DNA from: Ginkgo biloba
Lineage: Eukaryota; Plantae; Ginkgophyta
NCBI GenBank assembly: GCA_024626585.2
Contig: JANKJI020000004.1
Span: 143,324,748-143,354,048 of the forward strand
Length of the DNA stretch: 29,301 nt
Reading direction: 5' to 3'
This document shows, in pieces, positions 9,226 through 23,297 of this stretch (the first letter of the stretch is position 1; every line of letters starts with the position of its first letter). A program made the translations under genes and the position numbers. The notes beneath the pieces were generated by a model. It saw only the letters and a list, made by a program, of their open reading frames with translations. It did no database searches and had not been told where the DNA came from.

Positions 9226-9500
9226 AATATAAGGCAAATCAAGTGGTTAGGTTTACATGTCAATAATAAACATGGATTCTCATTAGCACTTCTTGGACAC
9301 AACTTGATAATTTGTGAGGGAATTGTTGAAAACATCCAATTGCAAATGGGAGATTACCCACTCAAATATATGTTTTGTGCACTGCCATTCGAAAGAGTAG
9401 ATTCAATATTGAGCATCGAATGGCTTTGAACACTCAAGACATTAAACAAATCATAATGAGAACAACTTGAGTTTTAAGCTAGATAGAATTTCACATGCGT
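9226..9500 (+). mobile_element. Ty3/gypsy aspartic protease, C-terminal half (pseudogenised)
   Basis: Translation NIRQIKWLGLHV...IICEGIVENIQLQMGDYPLKYMFCALPFERVDSILSIEWL*TL matches the retropepsin DxILGxxWL motif region. The catalytic DSG part would fall in the preceding gap. Confidence 0.8.
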
Positions 9501-11589
9501 CTATGGTACGTAAGTACCAAATAGAATATAATGATAACAACTTGAAGTTTAAGTTAAATAGAGTATGAATGGGATGAATAAGAATGGTGACAAATAACAT
9601 TGAGTAAGAATTTAGCAACCTCATTTGCATCTAAAGAAGGAATGGCTTTAGCTTTAGAGCATCAAGTAAGATATTCTATAGAGTTAAAATGAAATAATTT
9701 CTAGAAGATTAGGGAGGAAAATGTTCTTATATCTCATAAGTGTCAAGTTCAAAGGGTGGGTTCATGTTGTCTTGTGTGCACACTTAGGTGATTTACAACA
9801 CTAACAAGATGGACAACTCCAAAGAAAACTAGACAAGCCTTGGTGAAGTTTAGGCTTAAAAAAATGTTGTTAAAACTTAGACAAGACTTTGTTGAAGCTT
9901 AAATGTTCATCTAAAGGGTGAAAAGGAACTCCAACCATATATGATTTGTGAAGGGTTATAGAAACATAAAGACATAGGGATTGGCCCTATCAAATAAATT
10001 ATAAAAATTGGTTAGTAGTTTGATAGCGTTGTTAAAGGAAATGAGTAGAAGGAAGTAAATGAAATATACATATTGTTTAATGATATGTTGCACTAAACGA
10101 TTGAACTTGGCAAACTTTTCCAATGACAAAGTATAGATGATGTTATCATGGCATATTATGCAATAGGCATATCCCAAGATACCACATTGACTTCCAATTT
10201 TACTTTCCTAGGTCAATAACATAATATAAAATCATATTTTTAAAGTGCTAAGACTGAGATAACTGGAGGGATTTCACCTCTTGTTTTGTGAAAAGATGGA
10301 TAGGTGCAACATGTTCAGTTTCAACAATTCTTTCGTAACCATGTAAACCTAAACTACAACAAGACATACTTTCTCAATGGAAGAGTAATTATGCTTGAGT
10401 TGGGCCATCCCCTTCTCTTATNNNNNNNNNNNNNNNNNNNNNNNNNNNNNNNNNNNNNNNNNNNNNNNNNNNNNNNNNNNNNNNNCGTATAACAATTTAC
10501 TTTGATCACTCTTATGATTGTTCTTATGAGGAGCAACTTGCTTAGTTCCTTATAAAATTTTATTCCCTTACCTCAACCACTCTTAAATTTGAATTCCTTA
10601 CTTGAATTTTTTATGAAGCTACTTAGGATTTATCTCCTTTAATATCCACTATCTCATGCCTTTTTGTACACCAACATAACGCCCCATAATATTTATCCAT
10701 ATTTTCCACTTAATTTTCTCATGAATTCCATCAAATTTGATCTTGCTACAATAATGGCATGCCATGTCGTGGAGGATTGACATGAATTGTCAAGGTTGAA
10801 GAAGGCTTAGAAGGATTGTGTTAGGATAACTCAAACCTAAATCTAGCATTTCTATGCACATGCACAACCTTTATGAGTCTTGTTATAGTGGTTGGGAACT
10901 TAAAGGATCTAAAGGGACATTCCTTAGAGTTGTGCAATTTTCCAAGATGATTTGACAATTGGGTAGTGAAGGCATCAGATGATATTAGAACATGGGCAAT
11001 GTAGAGGAAATCTAAGATGTGAATATGCTTGCTTGAGTTGTTAGAAATAACAAATGATATTAGCCAACTAGGTGTGGAGGATGCTCCTTTAGCTAGTACC
11101 ATTTGTGTTGCATTTCTTTTTGTAGTGTTTACTAGATGTTCATTCTCTCATTTGACACTTTAAAAAGTTAAAAGGGGAGTTTTATACTATAATATAGTAG
11201 TGGGGACTAATAGAGGCGAAGCAATATGTGGATTGCCAGCTTGGTGACACTTTAACATGGTGTTTGAAGAAAAGCCTATGGGAATGTTTAATTCAATAAC
11301 ATTAAAATAATAAACATTTTTTTAGACATGGCTCATTTTCAAACCTAAGCAACATTTTCTTGCATTTTTAGTTACTCTTGAAACTATACTTGATTAATTG
11401 CAAATTCAAATCACGTAGCCCCCACTAGGAAGCTCTCCTCTAGAAGGGATTCACTTGAGAACCTAAAGAAACATAATACCATAAGTAGTGAATTATAGGA
11501 AACAATTTTTAAACTTCAACAAAATCAAAGGTGTCAACAAACTTACAAGTGGCTATTTCCACCATCCAATTATCATGTAAGGAAATAAA

Positions 11590-12180
11590 GGAGCTAAAAA
11601 ATTAAGGAAACCTTATGATGCATGCAAAAATGGAAGAATTAAATCGAGATAATCTCAAAATAAGAAATCATATAAAATGAAACTATTAAGAAGAAAAGAA
11701 GAATAAGAAGAAGATTAGAGAGCAAGGCTCTTGGGTTCATGTTGTTGAAGGGAAAAAAGTACCACTAATTGTTGAATTGGTTGCCCAAGCAAAATTTGAA
11801 GAGGATAGACCTAGGCAAGTGAAGGCACTCTACTTATGAGTTAGAGGGCTTACAAAATTAGATAACCCATTGGAGACTTCAACAAAATTTATCCAAGAAA
11901 TTTTGGTCTTTTAAAACACCTTCCCTAAAAGATCCCAACCTACATTGGATTTTATTCTTGTGATTTGGTTTCAATTAGGTGAAAGAAAGTTAATGGACCT
12001 TTAAGCCAAGAGAAAGCTCTTCTCACTTGATTTTTAGTTTTTGGGATTAATATCTCAATGAATTATAGGTAAAGAAACTTAAGAAAGCTCGAGATTAGGT
12101 GATTAAAGCCAAGAACAAGAAATGGGCAATTATCCACAATGATAAAACTCAGATTTAGGATTCTCCTCCAACAAGATGAG
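11590..12180 (+). mobile_element. Decayed LINE ORF1 (coiled coil followed by RRM-like domain)
   Basis: An E/K-rich N-terminal stretch is followed by SWVHVV...AKFEEDRPRQVKALYL*VRGL...FIQEIL...AKRKLFSL...KWAIIHNDK. It sits immediately upstream of an APE domain on the same strand. Confidence 0.5.
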
Positions 12181-12239
12181 AACGACTATGGGATGACTCC
12201 AATTGATGACATGTTCAAAGGGGGTAGACTCAAGTGGTA

Positions 12240-12990
12240 CTGTCAATGGCCTTTTCATTGCTTGTTGGAATTGTAATGGCTTAGTTTGGATTGCAATGAG
12301 TTTCATATATCATATTATTAGATGATGTAATATCACCTTCCAAAATGAGCCCTACCCCCTTTCTCAAGTTGTTTATAGATATTTGTATCACAGTTAAAGA
12401 ATACAAAATTTAGTGAGTTTAATGATTAGGTGGAGTAACTTATCATCTAAGACCCCTTGCATTTAATTATTTATTTGATGGATTTAGATGAGCATCTCAT
12501 GTTCCTTTGGGTGTGGATTCATAAAGGCTCTACTTAGGATGTTCATTATTTTTCCTTCACTTCAATATCACATCATCTTCAATATCCTTAAACTTTGCCA
12601 TTTCACATTAATGGTGATCTCTATTTAGACCTTTATATAGAGATATGCCATTTCTTAATGTAAAGTGGTGGTATTCTTATAGGAGACTTAAATGCACATA
12701 CCAACATTTTCAAACACCTCTTCATGACCTTTTGGAGAATAAGTTATGAGTTTTTTATGTTGACCATGTAGATTTTAGATTGGAGAGATTGTTATCTAAA
12801 TTTGAGACATCTATAACTCCTAATGGGCATCATTTTATTGGTCTTGGTAAGTGTTATGATTTGCTTATTCTTATTGGTGTTAGTTTTCATGGGTCAGGGG
12901 CCTTCATCTATTTTACTTATAAGGGAGAAGCTAGGATAGTTGACTACATTCCCACTAACTTGTTCCACATCTTCAGATTCTAGATCACAT
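12240..12990 (+). mobile_element. Decayed LINE ORF2 apurinic-like endonuclease (APE) domain
   Basis: Ordered motifs are IACWNCNGL (TGG at 12266), ILIGDLNAHT (GGA at 12682) and TPNGHHFIGLGKCYDLLILIG...GAFIYF...RIVDYI. It is interrupted by stops and frameshifts and truncated before the RT. Confidence 0.85.
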
Positions 12991-13363
12991 GGTGGATTTC
13001 CTCACTAACTATGCAAGGAGAGCGGTTTTGACCTAAAAAATAAGTTAGGAAAGGACACATCCCTTCTAAATGTTAGGTCTCATGAAAGTGAAGATAGGAA
13101 TCCTATTCGTAACCGAAAGTTGAGTAGCAAAGTGATTGAAGACATTACCCTTCTTGTAGAGGAAGAGAATTGTCAACCATAGGCAAGGCCATCGGGGGCA
13201 TCTCCTAATCTAACATGCGAAAGTAATACATTCTCAAACATCACACACGAGCCAGTTGAAGCTNNNNNNNNNNNNNNNNNNNNNNNNNNNNNNNNNNNNN
13301 NNNNNNNNNNNNNNNNNNNNNNNNNNNNNNNNNNNNNNNNNNNNNNNNNNNNNNNNNNNNNNN

Positions 13364-16300
13364 AGGGACATGAATTTTTAATTAACTCATGGGAGTTTCC
13401 ATGGATGATTGAGCTTCATAGGTTGATGGGATTTCTAACATTCCCTTATTGATCCCTAGTGTCAAAGGAGAAGGAGTTATAGGGAAAAGGGACCTCTGAT
13501 AGACCATCTCAACCTTGATTCTTTTATTAGATGGATGATCCATCTTCACTTTGACTTGACCCATTTTCAAGGTGAGGGAGATAAGGGAACCCACTTATAG
13601 GGATATTAATCGAACCTCTTGACCCTCAAATCTAATAAGTTACAATGTATCAACAAGGGAATTTTTGTCCCTACTCACCATATGCTTGGCCTACTATGTT
13701 AGTTGAGGTAATGTCAATTATTCATCAAATAATTTTTTCCTTCTTGCGAAGGTTTGTGATCAAAATGAGACTATATCTTCATACTATTGGAATAGGCCAA
13801 CTTCCTTACTTTCTTGTTGGGTTATATCTGTAGCCTTTGGGAGCCCTTGGTAGCCTTCTTCCAATGCTACCTTTTTAGCCCCTTTTAGTAGCTAGTAGCT
13901 TGTGCAATATTACCAATTCATATAATCAAGATTCCATAACCTCTTCGTCTTTTGACCTATTTTCAATGCCTTGCACCAATTGTTCTTTCACCTCAATTAT
14001 GCCTTGTCTTTCTTGCACTAACTGTTCTTTAACTATGGCAAGAAATTAGGCAGGGGGTCATTCCAACCTTTTAATTTCATCAACATTTTCTTCAATGTCC
14101 TAGTCATTTCGTTCAACATCATCATATAACTCTTCTAGGAATTGTTCCTTGTGTTGGAGTTGATTCTCTATGGCTTCACATTTTTTTAAATTTAAGAGAC
14201 TTCTACTTTTAGATGAACTAGTTCAACCTCTACATCTGGAGGAAGAAGGGTGCCTCTTTCAAATCCAATACTTGTTGTCTTAATAAATATACATGGGGTT
14301 GAAAATTAGTTGGAACTTCTGTAGCCAAAGTAGATTGTTCTACTGAGGGAAAGGCATCCAACTTATTGATCTCAGTTATAACATGACACTCTTATCACTC
14401 AAAATGATTTTCTCTTTTTGAGCCTAATTGGCCTGAACAATTAATTTACTTCTAACTCCTCCACCCTAGCTGTCAATTCCTGAGCTATACCAATAATCAA
14501 TTGGCCAAACACTTTAGTATTCAAATCATCATAAAAAATATGAATAGATGGGTTGAAGCATCCTTTTCTCTTTTCTTTAAATTTATGTAATGTGGGAAAT
14601 GGGGCTACCACTAATGAGAAATCTAGGGATGGGTCATATATAAAGAGATTCTAACACTAGTGAGTTAGGGGTACTTCTTTGATTACTGATTAAGGAGAGA
14701 TATAATGAATGGAAGTTAAAGGTTTCATAAGTTGAGGCACTGCAACTACTATATTTTGGGGTGCATTAGGTGCGGGAGGCAAACTTATTAGCTCAAAATT
14801 ACTAGGAGTGAGGTTATTGGAAGTATGGGTAGANNNNNNNNNNNNNNNNNNNNNNNNNNNNNNNNNNNNNNNNNNNNNNNNNNNNNNNNNNNNNNNNNNN
14901 NNNNNNNNNNNNNNNNNNNNNNNNNNNNNNNNNNNNNNNNNNNNNNNNNNNNNNNNNNNNNNNNNNNNNNNNNNNNNNNNNNNNNNNNNNNNNNNNNNNN
15001 NNNNNNNNNNNNNNNNNNNNNNNNNNNNNNNNNNNNNNNNNNNNNNNNNNNNNNNNNNNNNNNNNNNNNNNNNNNNNNNNNNNNNNNNNNNNNNNNNNNN
15101 NNNNNNNNNNNNNNNNNNNNNNNNNNNNNNNNNNNNNNNNNNNNNNNNNNNNNNNNNNNNNNNNNNNNNNNNNNNNNNNNNNNNNNNNNNNNNNNNNNNN
15201 NNNNNNNNNNNNNNNNNNNNNNNNNNNNNNNNNNNNNNNNNNNNNNNNNNNNNNNNNNNNNNNNNNNNNNNNNNNNNNNNNNNNNNNNNNNNNNNNNNNN
15301 NNNNNNNNNNNNNNNNNNNNNNNNNNNNNNNNNNNGGGCCAATATTTATCCTTCAATTCCTTAAAATTTTTCTCTATCAAGCTGGGTTGGGCCAAAATGA
15401 AACATATATCCTTTAATTGGGTACTCCCACTAAATTGGAATAAGATGCCTTGTCACCATCTATCCATTCAATCTCCCTCCATTGCTTCTTAATATAATTA
15501 GGGATCCCTTTAATTCCATCTCGTCTATCATTTAACTATCATAGGGATGTGTAGAAGCTTCCTAAATATGTCATGGAAATTATATCCTCCTTATCTCCCT
15601 TTTTTATCTATAATTGCAAATACATATTTAGCTAGAGATTGGTTCAATCCATTTAGAGTGTCCCAAAGATTCCATGTAGATAACAATAATCAAAGAAGGT
15701 ATGGGAAATGCATTCCCATACATCTGTGACTAAATGCAAAATTTTTGTAGTCATTCGATGAAACATAGAGCTTAGGCATAGCTATTCCCTTTGGATACCT
15801 TCATTGCTACAAAAACCCATTGGAGGCTTATATAACTGTTGGCCTTTATGCAAACCAATCTTTTGGCTATGATTCTAGCTGCCCATTTTGATCCATCATT
15901 AATGATTCAATTGGTATTAAATCCATTTGACTTGCTCTATACGTCAACTTCAGAGTAGCCCGAATATATTTTTTAAACAATTAATTCTTTCTTTGCTTGC
16001 TTGGCCTCCTCCCTAAGGTCGATTGAGGTGCCTTCCAATGATAATCTAGTGACCTGAGAAATCAATTCTGCATCTATCGAGATAATATTATTGTGGAACT
16101 AGAATGTTCCCCTCTTAAAATGATGAAGCATTTCTACCACTACAGTATAGGGAATATATATGATCAACAATTTAGTGTATTCCACCACCTTGGTTTGTTG
16201 TAACCATAGATACTTTGGGCAATGCTATCCATTTTTGTTGAGAGAAAATAAATGCCGTCATTCCTTAACATAATGACCTAAGTGATCCTCATTAACCTTG

Positions 16301-16450
16301 GTCACCGAGAAAGACCTGGTCATCATGTTTATTCAACCAATTCTTAATTGGGATGGTAATTCAAACAACTCTTTACACTTTTAAATGAAAATTTCTTATT
16401 GGAGAAATTCATAGGAGGTAGGTCACATTGATTACCTAGCTCTTCTAAAA
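13364..16450 (-). mobile_element. Heavily decayed retrotransposon internal/accessory ORF-like sequence
   Basis: The minus strand has a coding-like purine-rich, E/K-rich coiled-coil stretch (about 13850-14200) and short peptide remnants, but no diagnostic catalytic motif. The call rests on composition and context. Confidence 0.3.
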
Positions 16451-16984
16451 ATAGGCATAATCTTTAGAAAATATTAAATGGACAAGTTATGATCTTGTAC
16501 AACGATAATACAAATTTAGAAAGACAAGATTTTTGAAATTGTGTTGAGTTTACAAGTAAGAAGTTTTGTAAGGGACATGGTGGAGATATAATATTAAAGT
16601 CAAATTAGGGATTTTATTAGAAAAAAGGTCAAAGTCAGAGAAAACTTGTGAGATTTGGATTCAGATAGCTTAGAACACGTGGTTATTTATTACTTGTAGA
16701 GGGATGAATTAAAGACACAATATGTTTGGGAGTAGTGTCATTAAGTTATAGCCATGTGGTCGTATGGATTCCACTCTGACTACGATCTAGTCACTAGTTA
16801 TATTAATGACATAGATTTCTAAAATATTCAATATGACTGATATGATATGTCACTAACATTCATTGGTTAATGCATTAATATCCATCGCCATCTATTCGAT
16901 GCATAAGGTAACAACTCTGTTATCCTAGCACATGATTTTGTTCCCTGGCTAATCAAGGGCAAAGGGGATCAAAGGAAGACAATC

Positions 16985-17675
16985 ATCCTTCTCATAGAAA
17001 TAATTAGTTATGTGTTCCAAGCAGCACTACTCATGAGCAATTGCTGGGAGGGGTTCATTCCTCTTCCTATGGAAGACATTTTGGAGTATTGAAGACTCTT
17101 CAACATCTCCAAAGATATTTCCATTGGCCAACTATGCGGAAGCAGGTGGAAGACTATCTTTGCAGATGTTCATTGTGCAACCAATCCAAGCCTTCCAATT
17201 AGAACATTGGGTTGTACCAGCTTCTTCCTGTGCCTTCTTGTCCTTGGGAATCCATCTCAATGGACTTCTTCACTAGGCTTTCGGTTACTCAACATCAACA
17301 TGACTACATTTTCATGGTGGTGTGTTGATTCTCAAAAATAACAATCTTCATTCCATGCAGCAAAACCATTGATGCCACTATTTGGACACACTATGGATTG
17401 CCACTCACTATTGTTTTTGATAGGGATACTTGCTTTCTCAATCATTTCTAGCGATCCTTATGGAAAATATTGGGTTGTCAGTTGCAATTCTCCACATCCT
17501 TCCATCCTCAAACTAAAGGCCAAACTGAAGTGGTGAATAGAACCCTAGTTCACGCACTTCAAATCCATCATCAAACAAATAAGCAATGGGATAAGTATCT
17601 TCATATCATCCAACACAACTACAACAGAGCAACACATGTATCCACTAGCCACTTACCTTTTGAAGTTTGCTATGG
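16985..17675 (+). mobile_element. Ty3/gypsy integrase (HHCC zinc domain plus rve core), pseudogenised
   Basis: Translation LCVPS...VHSSSYGRHFGVLKTLQHLQRYFHWPTMRKQVEDYLCRCSLCNQSK...GLYQLLPVPSCPWESISMDF...HYGLPLTIVFDRD...FSTSFHPQTKGQTEVVNRTL...YNRATHVSTSHLPFEVCYG. It has several stops and an internal deletion. Confidence 0.95.
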
Positions 17676-20399
17676 NNNNNNNNNNNNNNNNNNNNNNNNN
17701 NNNNNNNNNNNNNNNNNNNNNNNNNNNNNNNNNNNNNNNNNNNNNNNNNNNNNNNNNNNNNNNNNNNNNNNNNNNTATCACCCCCTTATTAAACTAGGGT
17801 CAAAGATGCCTTCAAGGATTAGTGGCTCTCTCACTTCCAATATCACTCACTTTCCAATGAAGGAAATAATATATCAACCTAGGATTTAGGACACCACTTT
17901 AAATCAGGAACTTATAATTGTTATATTTCCATATCCTATTTAATCTTCACTTTCAATGAGTATTTTGGTATTTTTTCATAATAATCTTCCATTAAATGAA
18001 TACAATTAAGATTGGCAATGAAACTATTTATGTGGGATCATATTAGCATAATAATCATCCATGTCTTTGGATGAAAAATATTTTCCTATATCTCTTCATA
18101 TAGGTTTAAACTTCTTCAACACAGAGTGCATAACATCCTTTAACATGTCTCTCTAGTATTTTTGGGTTGGCATAATACTCATATAGGCCAAATTTATCTT
18201 TTGTGATATGCAATCGCTCCTTCCACATGATCATCAATTTCCTCTCATATCGAGCTTCTTCATGGACAACAGACCCTACAACAAACATTCCTTGCGAAGA
18301 GTTCAAAATTCATTAGGGTGACCTTTTAGGAGGTCAACAAGACCATTCCTTCACTCTAAATACCAACTTCATATTTTAAGTTGTATAAGGGATACAAATC
18401 TCTTATCATTTTGTAAAGATAATGCTTTCACCTCCACTTTAAGAACATTGGTTCAAAGTTACGATTCTTTGATGTTATTGTAAAACCCATTGTGCTTAAT
18501 AGATTAGAGATTTTGGTCATATAACCTTGGGTATATAGAGTGGGCAAGGGTTGATATGATAATCATGCTTTAACATGTCAAACCTTGTAAGCATACAATT
18601 CTTTAATGCATTATTCAAAAAGAGTTTGCTACTCATTAGGTTTATGTTGAGACCATTTTTATGCTTACATCATATCTTTAGAGGATTTATTATATGGAAT
18701 ATATGATATTTTAGAGGAATAAATATCCATATTTATCCCTTTGAAAATCACATGGTTTGGTCTTCCTCAATCATTATACTTATAAGCATTGTTATTATTT
18801 AGATGTTTCAACACTCTCATAGATGTGAGCATATTTATTTATTGTGTTCTCCCTTTTAGATTCTCTCTAGATGTTCCTCATCTCCTTATATTTAATATGG
18901 AGATACATGAAGCTATCTAAGATAATATCTATCAGGTGTACATTTAGCTACATGGATTGCTCCCCCCCACCCCCTTAGTCCCAAATTACCCTTTTATGCT
19001 CAATACTTCCTTTATATTCGATGAGTCCATTATTATTCTAGACTAACTTAGGCATCATTGATCCTCTCGGTTGAGATTTGTATTGGGTCAACTTTGAATT
19101 TACTTGTAGCATCAACTCAAAGTGGAGAAATATCATTATATATTTAGGGATCGATGTATTTTAAGACTTTTCTCTTTAGATGTCAAGATAGAAGAGAACT
19201 TTATTCTTAGGTGTCCAATTTACTACGTGATCAAAAGGAGCTACTATTATTTTTTCAGGAGATCAAATGGATCCCTCTCCATCTTATTTTGATATAAGGA
19301 CCAAAGGTGCCTATCCCTTTTCTTAGGGATCTATTATTGTATATATTTCACTTGTTAAGAGATAGATATAGAGCTTAGGGTTCTCACTTAGTTATAATCT
19401 CTCAAAACACCTACATAATAGTCCTAGGGGGGTCTCTTAGATATAAAATCTAAAAACATGTGCAAGATAGACCTAATAACTAATACCCATATATAGGCTC
19501 CCATCCATATATTTTCTCCCCATATTTTGTACCCTTAAGTAAACTCTTTTATACAATTTATAATTGCATAAAAAATAAAATCTAATAATCATTTATACCC
19601 CTTTTATATAAAAATAGAATAATCATACAAATTATAACAAATATACAGAGGAATTGACCCTAAATAGAATAAAATATTTATACATGTTTAATATAATAAA
19701 ATAAATTATATTAACACCAAACCATACGTATAAGTTAAAGTGTAAATAAATATAATAGGTTTTTTCTACTCTTTTTTATCAAATGAAAACTATAGACATT
19801 CCTTTACAAGAAGGGATTATTCTATAACAAGAGGTAGTTATTTGTATGCATAGCTATGAAATATGGAGAAAATTGATGATTTCCAATATTGGAAGTATAT
19901 TTATCACGGGGTGATTTCTATGAGTTTTACATATACTATACCTATTAGAGAAAGAGAAGAAAATAAAAAGAATATAACTTACTTTAAAACTTATTGAGAA
20001 ATAAAAAATAAGACCAATATTCTTTTCACATATGATAAGAAGTTCAAGATTTAATTGACGGACAATATTGCTATTGAGAACCGTGTCCCTCATAATTAAA
20101 CATAATTGAAGTGTTGCTAATAACTCTGATAATACTCATAATATTGAGAAACATTAGTTAAAAAATCAACACTATTGTCTAAATGTATAGATACTCCATA
20201 CACATAAATGCATGCTTCTAAATCCAAATGTCATTATAGATTCTATAATAGATGAGATTCTTGAGACATATGAAATCGATGAGCTAAGTAGGGGATCATG
20301 GGCTTTAGTTAGAGGTCTTGTTGTAGATCCTAAGTACACTTGTAAGCCTTAGAGGGCTTAGAATCTTATAGGGGAGGTTATATGGCCTCAAGTTTCTAA

Positions 20400-20950
20400 T
20401 GGGGGTTATGACTCATTGGCTTATTTTGAAATGATTATTATCTTATTTAATCTATCCTACATATTTAGGTTTTTTTCCTCATCTAAGGTTTTCTCTTAAG
20501 TATCACATTCATAAATAATACACAACTAAATAAGGACTCCTTTCATGGATAGGTCCTTAGTGAAATAGATGATAGCATGTGCATATCCTTAATCAATAAA
20601 GGTATGGTTATATGCCATCTTTTTATACAATATTTCTTATTTTTAGACCCATATTCATCTATTTAAGAGAGACTTAGGAATTATTATGTACATTATATAC
20701 ACATTTTATTCTGATGTAATTACTATTCTTTAGTTGTAATCTCAAAGAGGTTTGATCAAATTAGTTGTATTATATCCAAATTCTTCTTATTATTACTCTC
20801 TTGGGATTCCATAGATTCTCTTTCATAGATTATTATTCATGTATTCCATCTTGTAATTCATGGTTTATATTTGAGATTCTATATTTAAAGAGATTGTAAT
20901 TCAAACTTGTGTTTATATAGGATTTAAAGTTCTTTGTCATAATCCCAACA
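20400..20950 (+). mobile_element. Putative decayed PPT plus LTR
   Basis: A G-run at 20401 is followed by TATGA (possibly a decayed TGTGA). The body is AT-rich with several TGTAAT motifs and ends CCCAACA at 20950. No partner LTR was seen. Confidence 0.3.
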
Positions 20951-21899
20951 TCAATTCACATGAAAAAAAATGCACATGTGAAGATGAACATTTAGCACTT
21001 TTTTAGTCCTAGACAAAGATGATAGTAGTCACCCAAATTTGTATAAGCCTCATATTCATTGATATAATCATAAGAAGTAATGATTCGAGTGTTATTAAAG
21101 TTTGCTAATGCTTATACAATTCCAAGATATTATACTTTATGACTTTATCTCCAAGGACACATCAAAGATATTCTTCAAAAGTTTCAATAATAGCATATTA
21201 AAACCAAATGCATTATTTTCATTTAAAAATTTTCCTATCTAAAGGTGCATAGGGGCTATGTGTCATACAATACCCCTAATAGTGATAGTCACATGTTAAT
21301 CCTTATGGTTTATAAGGTTCGATAACTTCAAAATTTCCTATAACAACTTTAAAATGATAACTATATTTGGGTTTATATCATTTTGAAGAAAATCATGACT
21401 CAAACATTATTCATTCAATAAGTAAATGAAATTTAAATCCAATAACAAAATGAATGTTAATAAGGGATTGACTTCATCTACATGTCTAAGCCACTATAGA
21501 ACCACTAAATTTATTTGCTCCTCTATATTAGCAATGTGGTAAACCATGGANNNNNNNNNNNNNNNNNNNNNNNNNNNNNNNNNNNNNNNNNNNNNNNNNN
21601 NNNNNNNNNNNNNNNNNNNNNNNNNNNNNNNNNNNNNNNNNNNNNNNNNNGATGGAAATTGGTATTTCTATTGGTAGATATGTGAGTAACTCTTAAGAAC
21701 CTACCCTTAGGAGGGTAATAATAACTAGAAATGATTGATAATACCCCATAGACTGTGAATCAAAAGGAGGAATCTATCTAAGAAGGAACTCATGTCTAAG
21801 AAGCTAGTTGGTGAGATAATGTCTTATAAAGGCAACAATCAGTAGTTGGTTTAAGAGGATGATCAACGAAATTGGGATTAAGATGCGACCTATAATCTT

Positions 21900-22713
21900 A
21901 CAAGAGAAAGTAATGGGGATTTTGTTTGTGATGGACGAAATCATAACAAAGTAATACTGCTTGAAGGTGGAAGGTCCACAAGTCATGCACTTCAATTCTC
22001 AAAGAACTAATGATGGTATATGAGGGATAATCATCAAACAACTCTACGTTAGAATCCATGATAAAACATAAGGTGCATGCGTTATACATAATCATTGGGC
22101 ATAAAGCATCTGTAAGTGAATTTTCAAGTTTATCATAAAATCCTAGGGCTTAACCTTAGATAGGCGATAAAAACTACCAAGATGGATTATTATTAGGGCA
22201 AAGGGAATTTTTAATAGAGTGATGGCATATCTAGAGACCAAAAAGAACATTAATGATGAAGTCATTCTACTAGGATCACATGGATATTGAGAGATGAAAG
22301 GTAAAGGAATAAATCAAATTCTATACCCAAGTAGTCCTCTTTGTAAATAATAGATAGTATGTTACGTTCCTAAAATTACAACTATATGTTAGAAGAAGTT
22401 AAATAAGAACCCTTAAAGCTAAGATCATATGGATACTTAAACGAATTCATTTAGACTCTTAGAGGAGCTAGAATAAGGTTGCTCAAGTTCTTAATATCAA
22501 GGGACAATTTTAGACCTAAACAACATCCCCAACTGACATAGTAAAAGAATAAAGTCATTTGCATATGTTTGGGATATGAAAGGGATAGCATTCTTCTCAT
22601 TTTACATCAATTCAACAAAATTTTCTACTTTCCTTCTTTGGAAAAAAACATCTTTAGGAAGTAGGCACTTCCACCTTATTCTCTTATGGGTATAAGGTGC
22701 CCCACAATCTCAT
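21900..22713 (-). mobile_element. Possible very decayed LINE APE endonuclease fragment
   Basis: Minus-strand remnants GGSAYFLK, VVILG and TLCF...DDY occur in the order expected for APE motifs, but they are heavily frameshifted. Confidence 0.3.
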
Positions 22714-22913
22714 ANNNNNNNNNNNNNNNNNNNNNNNNNNNNNNNNNNNNNNNNNNNNNNNNNNNNNNNNNNNNNNNNNNNNNNNNNNNNNNNNNNNNNN
22801 NNNNNNNNNNNNNNNNNNNNNNNNNNNNNNNNNNNNNNNNNNNNNNNNNNNNNNNNNNNNNNNNNNNNNNNNNNNNNNNNNNNNNNNNNNNNNNNNNNNN
22901 NNNNNNNNNNNNN

Positions 22914-23297
22914 AGGATTTCCTTTGAGAACATGAACGCAGGTGGTGCATGGATGTTGTTGGCTTATGTTGTAAGGTTTTAGGTTAAGTCTTACAATGAG
23001 CACAACCCTTGTGGTTAGTTTCCATCCATCATTGAGTTTGGAACCTTGAATACATTACTACTAATAAGATAAAGGAAGGTGCAGATGACATCAAATCATC
23101 ATGCCCCTTATACCCTTAGTGACACGCATATTATAATGGTTAGGACAAAGGGTTATGACCTCATAAGGGAAAGATAACCTAAAAAACCTAATCTTAGTTC
23201 AAATTACAAGCTATAACTCAATTGCATGAAGATAAATCACTAGTAATTACTTGTCATCCATATTGTAATAAATTCATTCCTAGGCCTTGTAGGCACC
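22914..23297 (+). pseudogene. rrn16: Nuclear plastid DNA (NUPT): decayed fragment from the 3' part of chloroplast 16S rRNA
   Basis: Colinear with 16S from CAGGTGGTGCATGG through GGTTAAGTC, CAACCCT, the plastid-type TTGAGTTTGGAACC(C/T)TGAA, AGGAAGGTG, TCATCATGCCCCTTAT and GGACAAAGGGT to GGCCTTGTA..CACC. Nearly all CG/CHG sites are converted to TG/CA/TA. Confidence 0.95.

Noticed and set aside
10640-10780. Minus-strand CHYCSK...DGI as a BED zinc finger of a hAT element
   Set aside because: Only a CxxC is present. The downstream His/Cys ligands and a transposase domain are not recognisable.
14788-15416. Long ORFs of 179-202 aa in the ORF track (likewise 22676-23003, 27635-28168 and others)
   Set aside because: They are read-throughs of N gaps. 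Only the 27659 start overlaps a real, decayed gypsy frame.
17776-18700. Coding-like minus-strand stretch
   Set aside because: It is probably TE-derived, but no motif could be identified, so no call was made.
22914-23297. Functional or contaminant bacterial 16S rRNA gene
   Set aside because: It is partial, universally conserved positions are destroyed by directional transitions, and it continues directly into nuclear-type AT-rich DNA.
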